Positions 37,961 to 50,564 of a stretch of 64,000 nt of DNA are shown piece by piece. The first letter of the stretch is position 1, and each line of letters starts with the position of its first letter. Below the pieces are notes generated by a model that worked only from the letters and a program-made list of their open reading frames with translations, was not told where the DNA came from and ran no database searches. This DNA is from Heterodontus francisci. Its lineage: Eukaryota. The stretch is from NCBI RefSeq assembly GCF_036365525.1, contig NC_090374.1, positions 71,500,903 through 71,564,902 of the forward strand, read 5' to 3'. Made by a program: the position numbers and the translations under genes.

Positions 37961-38301
37961 AAAAGGAGCAGCAGCTTGACGGGTCTTAAAAAGATGAGGA
38001 ATATAAAATCTTTGGCGCGTAGCAGTTCTTGCCTGCTCAAGAGCTTTCAGCCACTAAATGAACAGAAGTCAGCGTTTTCCATTAAATACTCTTTCATTTT
38101 TATTTTTCCTCATCTGAAGCAATTTTTTGGAATTTCTAAAAATGAAATGATTGCAATATTGACAATGTTGTGCATTTACCTACATTTATGTAAGAGTGCA
38201 GTACAGCATTTCAATTGTGCCATTGGAGAATGACTGCTACAATGCCCTGGTTTTGATTGGAGAAAACAATAAACCAAATCACTACAGATCGGCACAGCTT
38301 T

Positions 38302-38645
38302 GGGTGGCACAGTGGCGCAGTGGTTAGCACCGCAGCCTCACAGCTCCAGCGACCCAGGTTCAATTCTGGGTACTGCCTGTGTGGAGTTTGCAGGTTCTCC
38401 CTGTGTCTGCGTGGGTTTCCTCCGGGTGCTCCGGTTTCCTCCCACATGCCAAAGACTTGCAGGTTGGTAGGTAAATTGGCCATTATAAATTGCCCCTAGT
38501 ATAGGTAGGTGGTAGGGAAATATAGGGACAGGTGGGGATGTGGTAGGAATATGGGATTAGTGTAGGATTAGTATAAAATGGGTGGTTGATGGTCGGCACA
38601 GACTCGGTGGGCCGAAGGGCCTGTTTCAGTGCTGTATCTCTAAAC
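38302..38645 (+). mobile_element. HE1-like tRNA-derived SINE
   Basis: Pol III A/B boxes; 3' GGGCCGAAGGGCCTGTTTCAGTGCTGTA CR1-type tail. Confidence 0.92.
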
Positions 38646-38970
38646 AAGATCAGCTAGTCTAACAGTAATGCTGGGAAAACTCTTAAAATTCATAATGCAA
38701 TATCAACCTAGTCGATATTTAGAAATGCATTAGTTAATTAACAACAGCCAACATGGATTTGTTAAAAGCAGGCCAGGTTGACAAGTTTCTTTTGTTTATT
38801 TAGAAGATGATCAATGGTTTCAAAAGAAAATTGGATGGGCACTTGAAGGACATAAACATGTAGGACTATGAGGATCGAGCGGGGGATTGGGATGGACTAG
38901 ATTGCTCAGTGGGGAACTGGCATGGACTCGATGAGCCGAATGGCCTCCCTCTATGCTGTAAATGACTGTA

Positions 38971-40359
38971 GGGTTGGATTTTGTTGTCCCGCTGCCAGGA
39001 GCAGTGGCAGGTGCAGAAAATGGCGGCCGCCCTGCATGGGACCTGCGTCGCAGCGATTGCACAGTGCGCCGCCACTTAACAGGCTGCATTTTAAGACTCT
39101 GCCACTGAAATAGGCAGTGGGCGTAAAAGAAATGTGGCCTGCACGCGTGGGGACCACGTCATGGAGCCGTCATGATTTCAAACGCGGTGACTCATTTGCA
39201 TGGCCGCGGTGCCCACCCCCCACGATAATGTAGAGGGGACAGGTGAGCCATCGCCGGCAACAGCACCCAGTGCCAATGCGCAGTGCTGGCGCCATTTTTA
39301 AAGGTCTCACAGCCCTCAATGTACATATAAAATTTAAAGGGCCAGTTAAAGTAAAGTTCTGCAAAAATTATGAAAATGACCTTTCAATGCATTCTCCTAC
39401 GCACCCTCCCCCACCCCCCACCCCCACCAATGGCATTTCAAAACATTCCTGCCCTTTTACACCCCAGAATACATGCCTTGCAAATTTGACCATCCACCCC
39501 CCCCGACAAAGTTCGGAACCTTTGTCCTTTAGCCCATCCCCTGACCAATCCGCAGTGTTATAACCCCGCTCCCCCCGTCCCACAAAGAGAAAATCACCTC
39601 CTCCCCCCTCCCCACAGGTGACGCCCTACGTTTCCCCGAACAGGGATTCGAAGGCGCAGCATTGTCGGCCGCCAGAATAAAGATTGAAGCGTGGTGGCTA
39701 GATCACTGCGGCCTACATGGTAAGTCGGCATTAACGTATTTTAATGCGGGGCCCGTGGCCAAGCTGCGGGGCAGCTGCCATTAGGCCTCACTGCCGCCGC
39801 CGAGCTTGGTACGGGGCCTGCCGCCTTAACAATCTTCATTGCTCCCCCGCGACCGTTCCCTGCTGCGGAGGGGCTTTAAAATGCAGCCCAACATATTAAC
39901 AGCGGCCGCCCACCCCAATCACATGGTGGGGATGGCACTGGCGACACTGTTCACGCGTCACCTAATGCAGAAGCTGGTGCTGGCGCCATGTTAAAAGGCT
40001 ACGAGTCCTGCAAGCAGTTCAACATAATGCAGAGTTGACCCTTTCCCCATCTCGGTGACACCAGCTTCTCCTGGACGAGAAAGTGAAGGCGCATGAGTGC
40101 CACATGACGAGCTCAAGATTGGGAACTGAAGGTAAGGTCTCAGCGAATTAGATTTAAATTTATGCAGAGAGGTATTTTAAATATTTAAAGTAGGATCCCG
40201 TCACAGACCAGCAGAGGTGCCACCACAGAGCTTCGCTGTCGCCGGGAAGATTGGGCCTGGCAATCCCAGCGTCAGGCTCCATGGCAGCCGCTGCCGCTCC
40301 AACTCTCTGGCATCTCCCACCACGGAACCCAATGTCCAGCTGAGAACAAAATCCAGCCC
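38971..40359. mobile_element. Harbinger-type MITE containing a second nested MITE (39081-39889)
   Basis: Outer GGGTTGGATTTTGTT...AACAAAATCCAGCCC; inner AGGCTGCATTTTAA...TTAAAATGCAGCCC flanked by AAC/AAC; outer sits in a CR1 tail (about 38740-38970). Confidence 0.82.
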
Positions 40360-40444
40360 TATGACTCTGTAAGAGATGACCAATTGGATAGATAAACGAA
40401 ATGCAGTAGATGTATATGGATTTTCAGAAGATGATCAATATAAT

Positions 40445-40685
40445 GGGCTCAATTTTTGTTTTGGGGTCAGGATCACGATCCCAGGAGGATTTCTGGGTCC
40501 CAACCCCTTGTTGCTTCAGTGTCAGATGCCTAAAGCAATCTTTGTAGGGATGGCCAATTAGTGAACAGGGAGCATGCTCGGTGTCCAATTAAGACTTTGG
40601 GCAGAATCCTAACATTGGAGGGCTAATAGGAGGCCCTCTAGTAATGTTGGTAGCCCCACCATCTGAGTTGGGAGCTGCTGATTAA

Positions 40686-40725
<40 letters not shown>

Positions 40726-41084
40726 CACCTCACAATGGAAGTGCCCTCTGAGAGAAGGTAAGAAATTTTCAATTTAAATAGGTCACAGCTGCCAGGCCAT
40801 CATTGTGGAGGGGCAGCCCCTCAACTGGATGTCCAGCAGCCGCAGCTGTAGCCCGCAACGCCCCCACCTCAAGTCTGCTGCCAGGAGGCTGCCTCCATCT
40901 CATGGCCCTGTTTCGGCCATCACCGGGGCCCGACTGCCGACTGGAAAATTCCAGTGAGCATTTCCCTAGTGCCCCGAATAAGGCCTTTAAGGGCCTTGAT
41001 TGGCTACCCGCCACACTTTGAGGCCAGTTTTTCATGTCCTCACACCTCCGGTCCCACCTGCAACACAAATCAGAAATTCTGCCC
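40445..41084. mobile_element. Harbinger-type MITE inserted in an old CR1 RT scrap
   Basis: GGGCTCAATTT...AAATTCTGCCC with AAT/AAT flanks; CR1 RT text either side (about 40375-41260). Confidence 0.8.
40689..40723. repeat. (GA)n microsatellite
   Basis: Perfect GA run of about 17 units. Confidence 0.98.
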
Positions 41085-41441
41085 AATGTCTCTCATGAGG
41101 CTTGTTAGAAAAATTCAGGCCTCTGGTATAAGAACAAATATATTAGCATGGATAGAAAGTTGGCTAACAAACAAGAACAAAGCAATGAAATGGGTGATGC
41201 TCCAACTGGAGAAGAGTTTGAAATCTGTGGTGTCCCAAGGTTCAGTGCAATATTGCCTTATGTTTTCAGTATGGATAGATAATTAGGAGAAAATGTTTGC
41301 GAGACTCCCAGGTGCATTCTGATTGATTCCTCAGTTGGTGAATTAATTGTGCTGTAGTCAGTCTCCAAAAAAGCTTTACAGTTTTGCAAATAAAGGAATC
41401 GAACATGCCAAGGTATGCAAAAGTAACAAAAGTGACACCTT

Positions 41442-42893
41442 GGGATGAATTTTATGAGCCCTCCGGCATCCGGGGTTGTAGCGGGGGTGGGGAGAGGCCC
41501 GGCACGACCTCCGATGCTGAGAAAGCCTTGGCGTATTTTACCAGCGGTGGCGAGGCATTGGTACCAGTGCCTGCCACTTGGTGGCGGGGCCTTAATTTTA
41601 AAATGCAAATTTTATTCATTCATGGGATGTGGGCGTCGTGGAGGTCGTTATTGCCCATCCCTTATTGCCCTTGAGAAGGCTGTGATGAGCCTCCTTCTTG
41701 AACCGCTGCAGTCCATGTGGCTAGATACATCAACAGTGCTGTTAGGAAGGGAGTTTCAGGATTTTGACCCAGCGACAGTGAAGGAATGATGATATAGTTC
41801 CAAGTCAGGATGGTGTGTGGCTTGGAGGGGAACTTGCAGGTTGTGGTGTTCTCATGAATCTGCTGCCCTTATTCTTCGATGTGGTAGAGGTGCTATCTCA
41901 GGAGCCTTGGCGAATTGCTGCAGTGCATCTTGTATAAGGTACACACTGCTGCCACTGTGCGTCGGTGGTGGAGGAAGTGAATGTTTGTGGATGGGGTGCC
42001 AATCAAGCGGGCTGCTTTGTCCTGGATTTTGTCGAGCTTCTTGAGTGTTGTTGGAGCTGCACCCATCCAGGCAGGTAGAGAGTATTCCATCACATTCCTG
42101 ACTTGTGCCTTGTAGATGGTGGACAGGCATTGGGGAGTCAGGAGGTGATTTATTCGCCACAGGATTCCTAGCACCTGACCTGCTCTTCTAGACACAGTAT
42201 TTATATGGCTACTCCAGTTCAGTTTCTGGTCAATGGTAACCCCCAGGATGTTGGTGCAGACCTAGAGATTAACGAGATTAAAATGTGAGAATAATTACCT
42301 ACCTGATAGCCATCGGCCGGAACTCCCACACCTTCAGAACTCCGTTTGGAGTTTCAAGGCATGACACTGGTGGGGAGGTGGGAGGAGTGAAACTTTCTGG
42401 GTGAGTGGCCGGGAGGGGGAGAGGGTAGAACTTTAGTAATTGGTTGTGGGAATGATGGGAAGGGGTTGAAGGGCAAAGGTAACGAGGTTCGAAGAGGAAA
42501 GTTCGGGTTGGGAATTAACTTTATTTTGGATGGGATAGGCCCAAAAATGAAAATGGGGGGTGGGGGTTGAGGTAGGAGAGGGGATTCCAGCTTTTATTGA
42601 GTTTTTCACACGAATTTCCAATTGATGTCCCTTTAAATTTTCAATTATTACTGCAGGGTTTGAAGCCCTTTAAAAATGGAGCCAGTGCCGGAGCCTGCGC
42701 TGTGGTGCCAGACGCCGTTGCCAGGGATGGAGCGGCCGCCCCCTCTCCATTATCGGGGTTGGCCGTTCCCCTCCACTCCCTTTAAATGAGCCTTTAATAT
42801 CGCGGGGGCTGAGCAATGGTGCATCTGCGCCTGAAGAACGCCGACAGCAGAGCTCACCGCCATGATTAGCGGCGCGTTCATAAATTTCAGCCC
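41442..42893. mobile_element. Harbinger-type MITE interrupted by a LINE fragment
   Basis: GGGATGAATTTTATGA...TCATAAATTTCAGCCC; body is the reverse orientation of 4900-5723. Confidence 0.8.
41610..42254 (-). mobile_element. 5'-truncated LINE of the second (CR1/L2 group) family
   Basis: IYKAQVRNVMEYS...LDKIQDKAARLIG; tail ending CATGAATGAATAAAA. Confidence 0.88.
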
Positions 42894-42896
42894 CAA

Positions 42897-43250
42897 GGGC
42901 GGCACAGTGGCGCAGTGGTTAGCACCGCAGCCTCACAGCTCCAGGGACCCGGGTTCGATTCCGGGTACTGCCTGTGCGGAGTTTGCAAGTTCTCCCTGTG
43001 TCTGCGTGGGTTTTCTCCGGGTGCTCCGGTTTCCTCCCACAAGCCAAAAGACTTGCAGGTTGGTAGGTAAATTGGCCATTATAAATTGTCACTAGTATAG
43101 GTAGGTGGTAGGGAAATACAGGGACAGGTGGGGATGTTTGGTAGGTATATGGGATTAGTGTAGGATTAGTATAAATGGGTGGTTGATGGTCGGCACAGAC
43201 TCGGTGGGCCGAAGGGCCTGTTTCAGTGCTGTATCTCTAATCTAATCTAA
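42897..43250 (+). mobile_element. HE1-like tRNA-derived SINE
   Basis: A box TGGCGCAGTGG, B box GGTTCGATTCC, (CTAAT)n tail. Confidence 0.93.
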
Positions 43251-45831
43251 TACTCTGCATAAATAAATGAAAGCACTGAGAAAATTAGCCCTTTTAAGTC
43301 CAAAAATATTCTTGTTTACTTCCCTTTGCATACTACTTGTAACACACTAGTTAATGTGTTCATGATAACTTCTTGTCTCCACAATTTTAACCCATAAATT
43401 TAATACAAGTTCAACAATCAGTGCAGTGATGATAATGGGGCCAAAATTTCCCAGCCCTTCTGATGCCACGACTCCAATTCCCAGCCTATGCTGGGAGTTT
43501 TCACTTGGCTTTGTTAGGGCACAGCCTTCACCTTTCTCTACCAAAACCTGGGAAAAATAGGGGATGGAGCATCTCGGTGAAGATTCCCTATGCTGGGAGC
43601 TCCTTAAACTCAGTGGAACTCAGGATAAGTCTGAGGGCTTGTATTCGCATTGAGTTGAGGTCTGCAGAACAGGGCAACTGGGCTCCACCAGAAAAAGAAA
43701 AAAACTTACATTTCTATAGTGCCTTTCATGACCTCAGAGCACCCCTCAGCACTTTACACTTCAAAAGTACTTTATTGGCTATAATCACTGTTGAAATGTA
43801 GGAGTGGGATTGGTAATAAGGGTAGATTCAGTTCCAGAAAGCAGCCCGGAATCCCAAAGAACAGTATTTTTTCGTATATTGCTCCATTACAAAGGGATCT
43901 GATAAAACCACTTCTCTGGGGAGAGCCAGGCGCATTCATCCCCCCAACCCCCGGATGGAAGTGAGCAAAGGAGTTTCCAACTGCATGGGTCTGGTCAAGA
44001 TTTGCCGTCATAGCCCATACAAATGCAATGCCCTCCCACTGACCCCACATACTCCAGCCATGTCAGCACCAGAGGCCAGTGGTAGATATGATCCCTGCAG
44101 GTATGATTGCAGCCTTTGTAAATCATTTTTGTCCATCTTCTGATTTCACATTTGTAGCTTCCTTACATCTGTTTTGTTTTTCAAATTTGCTTCATTATTT
44201 TAGAAACTAAAATCACCATTTTTTCCCGGTTTCAACAAATTGAGACCCAAAGCTTTTCTTCTTCATTATCCAGTGATGTAAGTGCCAGAACTTCCTGGTA
44301 TTATGTCTTTGAACCCCTTGCAATTCAACAAGTCTTTTTGTAGAAGCCATGACTACAACTGTATATAGTGTGCTAAATATGATCTAATTACGAACGTATG
44401 AAATTGACAGGCAGAGGAAGACCAGCTCATCCATCAAGCCTGCCCGAACTCATGATGTCTGGAGCATCATGACTAAACACCTCCCACCTCCAGACCTTAT
44501 CCACCCACCCACACCTCTCCCCCCCTCCCCCCACCCCTCCATATAATCTCCTAGGGGAGGCAAACAAAGCAGGGCCAATAATGGAAAACAAAACTGGAAA
44601 ATTTCACCAGCAATGCATTTCAGAAGCTCAATACTCTCTGGGAAAAAAGAATTGTCTAACATCTAGCTTATTCCTGCATTTGCATGGTTTAAATACACGT
44701 TCCCCAATCTGTCAAATTAAAATCATATATCAATAGGCACAGAATCCAGCCCTTTAATTATTTTATATATTAATGTAGAGTATCAGTGTCACTTTCTCTC
44801 ACTGTTGCATACCTCAGCATTTTTTGTCAATTATTCTTTCACAATGTGACACATTTTAATATTTGGTCAATTATCACATCTAGGCCTTTCTTCTGTTCCA
44901 TCTTCTTTAATGATATGTCCTTGCTGTGTAATCACATTTTCTATTTTTAGTACTGATAGAAAACACATTGCAATATGTGGTATAATACATGTTTACACAA
45001 ACTTCACCATAGAATACAAAGCTTACAATTATGAAGACAGATAATTCCAAACCTATCGATTCAAACAAGTAAAATGGTTTATGCTTTTAGCTCAATCTGG
45101 TTTAGAATGTGATTTCCTGTAACTGAAACTTTTCATAATGGTAAGACATATTTTAATATTAGTCCTCATAAGCATAATATCTAGTAGAACCTCTCTAGAG
45201 ATTTTACACAAGGGTTTAATAAACTGAAAACAAAACAAAATCAGTTCAGTAAAAATACACTTCCTGGAAAAAAAACTTAAAAGTTTTCACCGAATCACTT
45301 ACTTTTAACAGCAAGCTCATAAGAATCTGCCACACAAATTAAGCTACACTTTCTGATTGACAATTTAAGTGGCAAGATAAAATTATGAATGACAAATTTC
45401 TTTTGCAAACAAAATTATGTAATACTTTGTAAACTCCAAATAAATACTGTATTCTGACCATCTTTTGTAGATGGCAAATTTGGCTTTCTGATAATATTTT
45501 GATCATGAGTATTTTTTCAACATAAATTTTAACTAATATCCTTTAATATTTTATTGGCTGTAAGGAAGAATGTTTCTGATTCAAAAGCAAAGGCGTCTAC
45601 TGGACTGCACCTTTTTTCCAGGTGGGACTGGCTCACATTACAGTAGGAATGGCAAAGGCTTTATCACAAGATGTATTGGTTATCTCAGGCCTCATTTACA
45701 CTAAGGCTGTAAATCTAAATTTATTCCAGATTTACAGCCATTCTGATTTAAAATGCGCCATCTAAAGAGAGAAACTGAACACAATCTAGAATCAGTTCAG
45801 ATTTTTTAAAAACAACTCTGCTGTCTTTCTT

Positions 45832-46362
45832 AATTAAAAGCAAAATACTGCAGATGCTGGAAATCTGAAATAAAAACAAGAAATACTGGAACCACTCAGC
45901 AGGTCTGGCAGCATCTGTGGAAAGAGAAGCAGAGTTAACGTTTCGGGTCAGTGACCCTTCTTCGGAACTAGCAAATATTAGAAATGTCAAAGGTTATAAG
46001 CAAGTGAGGCAGGGGTGAGGCAAGAGATAACAAAGGAGAAGGTGTAGATTGGACAAGGCCACACATCTGACCAAAAGGTCATGGAGCAAAGGCAAACAAT
46101 ATGTGAATGATGTGTTGAAAGACAAAGCATTAGTACAGATAAGGTGTTAACGGACTGAAGATTGAACAGCAGCAAGTACAAACATGAAAAAAACAGTGGG
46201 TAAGCAAACTGAACAAACTAAGATGAAATGAAATAAACAAAAAAAAACATAAAAAAGGAAAAAAATAACTAAAAATAAAAGTAAAATGGGGGGCCCATCA
46301 TGCTCTGAAATTATTGAACTCAATGTTCAGTCTGGCAGGCTGTAGTGTGCCTAATAGTGTGC
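45832..46362 (-). mobile_element. Penelope-like 3' fragment (GIY-YIG C-terminus plus pLTR)
   Basis: LGTLQPARLNIEFNNFRA*; 14-bp direct flanks CTGCTGTCTTTCTT (45818-45831, 46363-46376). Confidence 0.88.
45933..45969 (-). ncRNA. Minimal type I hammerhead ribozyme-like motif in the Penelope pLTR (variant core)
   Basis: AGUU-CCGAAGA-A-GGGUC-ACU-GACCC-GAAA-CGU-U-AACU: stem I, stem II, GAAA and palindromic ACGU stem III. Confidence 0.55.
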
Positions 46363-46531
46363 CTGCTGTCTTTCTTTTTGGACTAAACAGTCTAATCTGA
46401 CTCCTCACTCACTTCTTCCTCCACAGAGCATGGTAGTTTATGTGTCACACTTGTGAATTCATGTGATTGATTCAAGATGAACTGTAGAATAATCATTTGA
46501 GTCTAAATGTTGGATTGGTATACAGAATTAA

Positions 46532-47760
46532 AGGATTCTTACCCGACCCGACGGGACCCAATGACATGTCAGATTCAGGTTGAGTCAGGTCGCTCTTCCA
46601 GGTACGGCTTTTGAGCTAGGGCCGGGTCTGGGTCGGAGACACACAGTATTAATTGGTCTTGAAAGGTTGTTTAAAAAGATGAAGACTGGAGCCACAAAGT
46701 CAGTGACTGTTTGGTCACGAGTTAAACAGATGCAGAGACCAGGAAGGTCCTGAGTGATTCATTTAATAAAATATACAGTATTTATATGAAAAATATAAAA
46801 TGATCACTATCAGGACTCTAGTCTACACACATACAGTACTGTACTGTATGCGTGTAGACTAGAATCCTGATAGTGATCAACTGTATATTTTATAATAATT
46901 AATCACTCAGGACCTTCCTGGTCTCTGCATCTCAGTTGCTCACTGGATAAACTTGCAGCAAGTATTTCAACCTGTAAAGCAAGAGTCTAGGTAATGTATA
47001 ATGATATTTTCTGAGCCTTCGGGCAATTGCTGCGTTTATTTTAAGCAATACTGGTACAATGTGACACAACCTGTCTGGGCACAACTCCATGGGTTTCTGT
47101 TTAACTCGTGACCAAACAATCACTGACTTCGTGGCTCCAATCTTCATCTTTTTAAACAACCTTTCAAGTCCAATTACAGTTTTTGTTGCTTATCTACACA
47201 AACTGAAAAATTGAAAAACAGATTCGGAATTGGAAGGTAGGTAAAGTGAACATTCCGGTGGTCGGGTTGGGCTCGGGTCGGGCTCGGGTCAGGTCGGGCG
47301 CAGGAAAAAATGGAAGGACTCGGGCCTAAAGGCCTCCTCAGGTCACCAAAAAAACCCGACCTGAACCCGACGGAACTCCATCGGACCCGAGCCCGAATCG
47401 GCCGGAGTCCCTCCATTCTTCCCCTGCGCCCGACCCAACCCAAGCCCGACTCGAGCCTGACCAGACTAACGGAATGTTCCTTTTACTTACCTTCTGACTC
47501 CCAATCTTCAGGAAGCTGCAGCATCTTATAGAGATGCTCACTCGCTCACTGCGCATGTCCTGGACTCACAGCTCAGGTTGGTTTTTTACTTACCTGCGAC
47601 ACTTACCTGCAATTCTTGCTGTATGTGTCTGACCCGGACCCGGCCCGACCCAGACCCGGCCCAACCCGAGCCCGAAAGCTGGACCTGGAAGAGCGGCCCG
47701 ACCCAAGCCGAGTCCGACATGTCGTCGGGTCCTGTCGGGTTTGGTTTGGGTAGCAGGCCT
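46532..47760. mobile_element. TTAA-flanked long-TIR foldback element (Kolobok/T2-MITE-like)
   Basis: TTAA|AGG...CCT|TTAA; imperfect TIRs over 110 bp; extra internal inverted repeats. Confidence 0.7.
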
Positions 47761-47886
47761 TTAATCGGGCCGGGTCGGGCTCGGGTTCGATGTGGTTCTG
47801 TCGGGTTTGGGTCGGGTTTTTTTTGCCAGACCCAAGCAGGCCTTTATACAAAATATCAACTGTTTACACAAGACACAAATGATATT

Positions 47887-48706
47887 GGGCTGGATTTTAC
47901 CAAGCCCTTGACGTCGGGCTCCGTGGCGGGGGCAGGGGGGAGGCCGAAAGATGGGGCCAGCAACGGTCCGCCACGGAGGCAGACATGAGAGGGTCTGGCC
48001 CAATCCTCCTGGCGGCGGCGAGGCTCCGTGATGGCCCATTCCCGCCGCTGGGTGACGGGACCTGGATTTCAATATTGAAATTAATGACATACATAAATTT
48101 AAATGAACTTATCTCTATCTTCTGGGTCAGCCGCGATTTTTGGCGCGGTGGCCGGCACTCCCGGGCCTTCAATTCACCGTCCGGGGAAAGCCATCATGAC
48201 ACTGGTGGGGAGGGGGAAGGAGTTAATATTTTCAGCGCGGGAGGGGGGAGAGTGGGTCAAATAAACATAAAGGTGTAAGGGATGGTGCAAAGGGGTGAAC
48301 TTTAAACTTTATGTGGTCTAGGGGTGGGGGGAAGGTCAGGTTTAAAAGGTAAGTTTTTAGGGGGGAAGGGCAAATAGTTAATATAATTGTTATTGGGGGT
48401 GGGGGGGGGAAAGGGGCTTCGAAATTTATTTAATAAATTTTGGGGGTTGTATCTTTAAAAATTCAAATTAACCGGCTGGGTTGGCTGCCCTTTAAAAATG
48501 GTGCCACGCCTGCACACAGGCAGCTGACGCCATTGCCGGGAACGGACAGCCGACCTCCTCCACGAGACTGGGGGGCGGAGGGCCTGGGCCGCCCCTGTTA
48601 TTTAAATGCGTCGCCACGCGTGACATCACGGCGGCTCTTTGGCATGCAGACCACGATTTTTTGAGATCGCCGCCGAGATCGGCAGTAGGTTCTTAAAATC
48701 CAGTCC
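47887..48706. mobile_element. Harbinger-type MITE
   Basis: GGGCTGGATTTTA...TAAAATCCAGTCC with ATT/ATT flanks. Confidence 0.88.
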
Positions 48707-49930
48707 ATTTAGTCTATTCCCCTGACTGACTGGACATTTCAGTATCCTACACTTTCCAATTGTATGAGAGGTTTCTTTTTATTTCTACAATATTGCTTCT
48801 TGGTATTTCTGTTCTGTTTTTCTCACATTGGTCCAAAGGGCATCACCTGACAAATGTTGCAATCAGTGTTACTAACCCTTTGGGACAAGGTGGTTAGGGA
48901 TGATTTATATCTGAAAAAAATCAGGTTACCTTTTCCATTTCATCCCCTGGTAAAACCAATTTAATTGTTACATGCTATAATCTTCAGTAGTTCTATTGTT
49001 ATGATCTGAATTTTACTTCACTTAGACAAAGCTACGAAAAAGAATTAGGAGAAGAAGCCTAGGAGTTCCTTTGTTATTTTCAGAACACTTACAAATCTGC
49101 ACGGTCCCATGGTTTTGAATGTGCTGCCTGAGAATGTCATTTCACTGAAGGAAATGAAAAAAAATGAGCCAATTATGATTCATCTGTGATTAGGACCCTT
49201 TCACAATTCTCAAGCAGCTAACATATAGGGTAGAATTTTACGACACCAGAGAAGGACATTTGGCCCATCACGCCAGTGTCAGCTCTCTGAAATAACAATT
49301 CATTTGGTGTCAAATGCATAAACTTTTCATGCATTCTTTAAACAAAATTCAAATATGTGTCTGCTTTTCTTTTAAAAACTATTATAGATTCTGATATTAT
49401 GGTCTGAATTTTCAGCCCCCGCCCGGGCTGGGATCGGGGCTATAAATAGCCCTGCCAGCTGGTGTTCCAGTTCCCCGGGTCCATACCGCCTCCAAGCCAT
49501 TTTTGTGGAGGCCGGATGGGGGAGTGACTGGACTACCCGCCCACATGCGGCTGGTAGCCGACATGGCTCATTAAGAGCCTAATGAGGCTAATTAAAGGAG
49601 GCCAACTGGGATTTTAAAGTCGGCCTCAAAGTCCCTGCAGACAGCGGGGACCAGTTTAAGTGCCCAGAGGCGACCTCATGGTGGCTGACTAGGAGGCCAG
49701 CACTCCAAGCAGGCCTTGAGGCCCTCCCTGCCTACCTGGGTGCAGGACCAGCTGCAGGCCACCCTTTAGAGGGGTTTCCACCTACCCACGCCTCCCCCAC
49801 ACCCACAGTAGTGACGTGGCAGCAAGATCCATTTTTGACTTTAAGTTTAAAACATTTTGAAGCACCCTCTCCCTTACTTACCCTCTATTGCATCCTGCTG
49901 CTGCTTTCTTTTGTGGGACCGCCTTAAGAA

Positions 49931-50360
49931 CCACTTGATTAGTACCCCATCCACAAACATTCGCTCCCTCCACCACTGATGCACAGTGGCAGCAGTGTGT
50001 ACCTTCTACAAGATGCACTGCAGCAACGCACCAAGGCTCCTTAGACAGCACCTTCCAAACCCACAACCTCTACCAACTAGAAGGACCAGTGCAGCAAAAA
50101 TATGGGAACGCCACCACCTGCAAGTTCCCCTCCAAGTCACACAGCATCCTGACTTGGAACTATATTGCCATTCCTTCACTGTCGCTGGGTAAAAATCCTG
50201 GAAATCCCTTCATAACAGCACTGCGGGTGTACCTACCTCACATGGACTGCAGCAGTTCAAGAAAGCAGTTCACCGCCACCTTCTCAAGGGTATTTAGGGA
50301 TGGGCAATAAATGCTGGCCTAGCCAGCGACACCCACATCCCATGAATGAATAAATAAAAA
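49931..50360 (+). mobile_element. 3' end of the second LINE family, inserted in the 5' LTR
   Basis: VAAVCTFYKMHCSNAPRLLRQHLP; same tail as 41610; AAGAA repeated at both sides. Confidence 0.88.
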
Positions 50361-50362
50361 GA

Positions 50363-50564
50363 AGGTCTGGCAGCATCTGTGGAAAGAGAAGCAGAGTTAA
50401 CGTTTCGGGTCAGTGACCCTTCTTCGGAGTTTCGAAGAAGGGTCACTGACCCGAAACGTTAACTCTGCTTCTCTTTCCACAGATGCTGCCAGACCTGCTG
50501 AGTGAATCCAGCATTTCTTGTTTTTGTTTCAGATTTCCAGCATCCGCAGTATTTTGCTTTTAAT
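50363..50564. mobile_element. Penelope pLTR insertion with inverted 5' segment (perfect hairpin)
   Basis: Arms 50363-50426 and 50433-50496 are exact reverse complements; direct flanks TAAATAAAAAGAA (50351, 50565). Confidence 0.9.

Noticed and set aside
38302-38375. tRNA gene (also at 42897 and 33259)
   Set aside because: The A/B boxes belong to SINE heads that continue into SINE body and tail sequence.
47174-48278. GC-rich overlapping ORFs or a CpG-island promoter
   Set aside because: Explained by CCCGA-rich inverted repeats and an adjacent MITE; translations are low-complexity.
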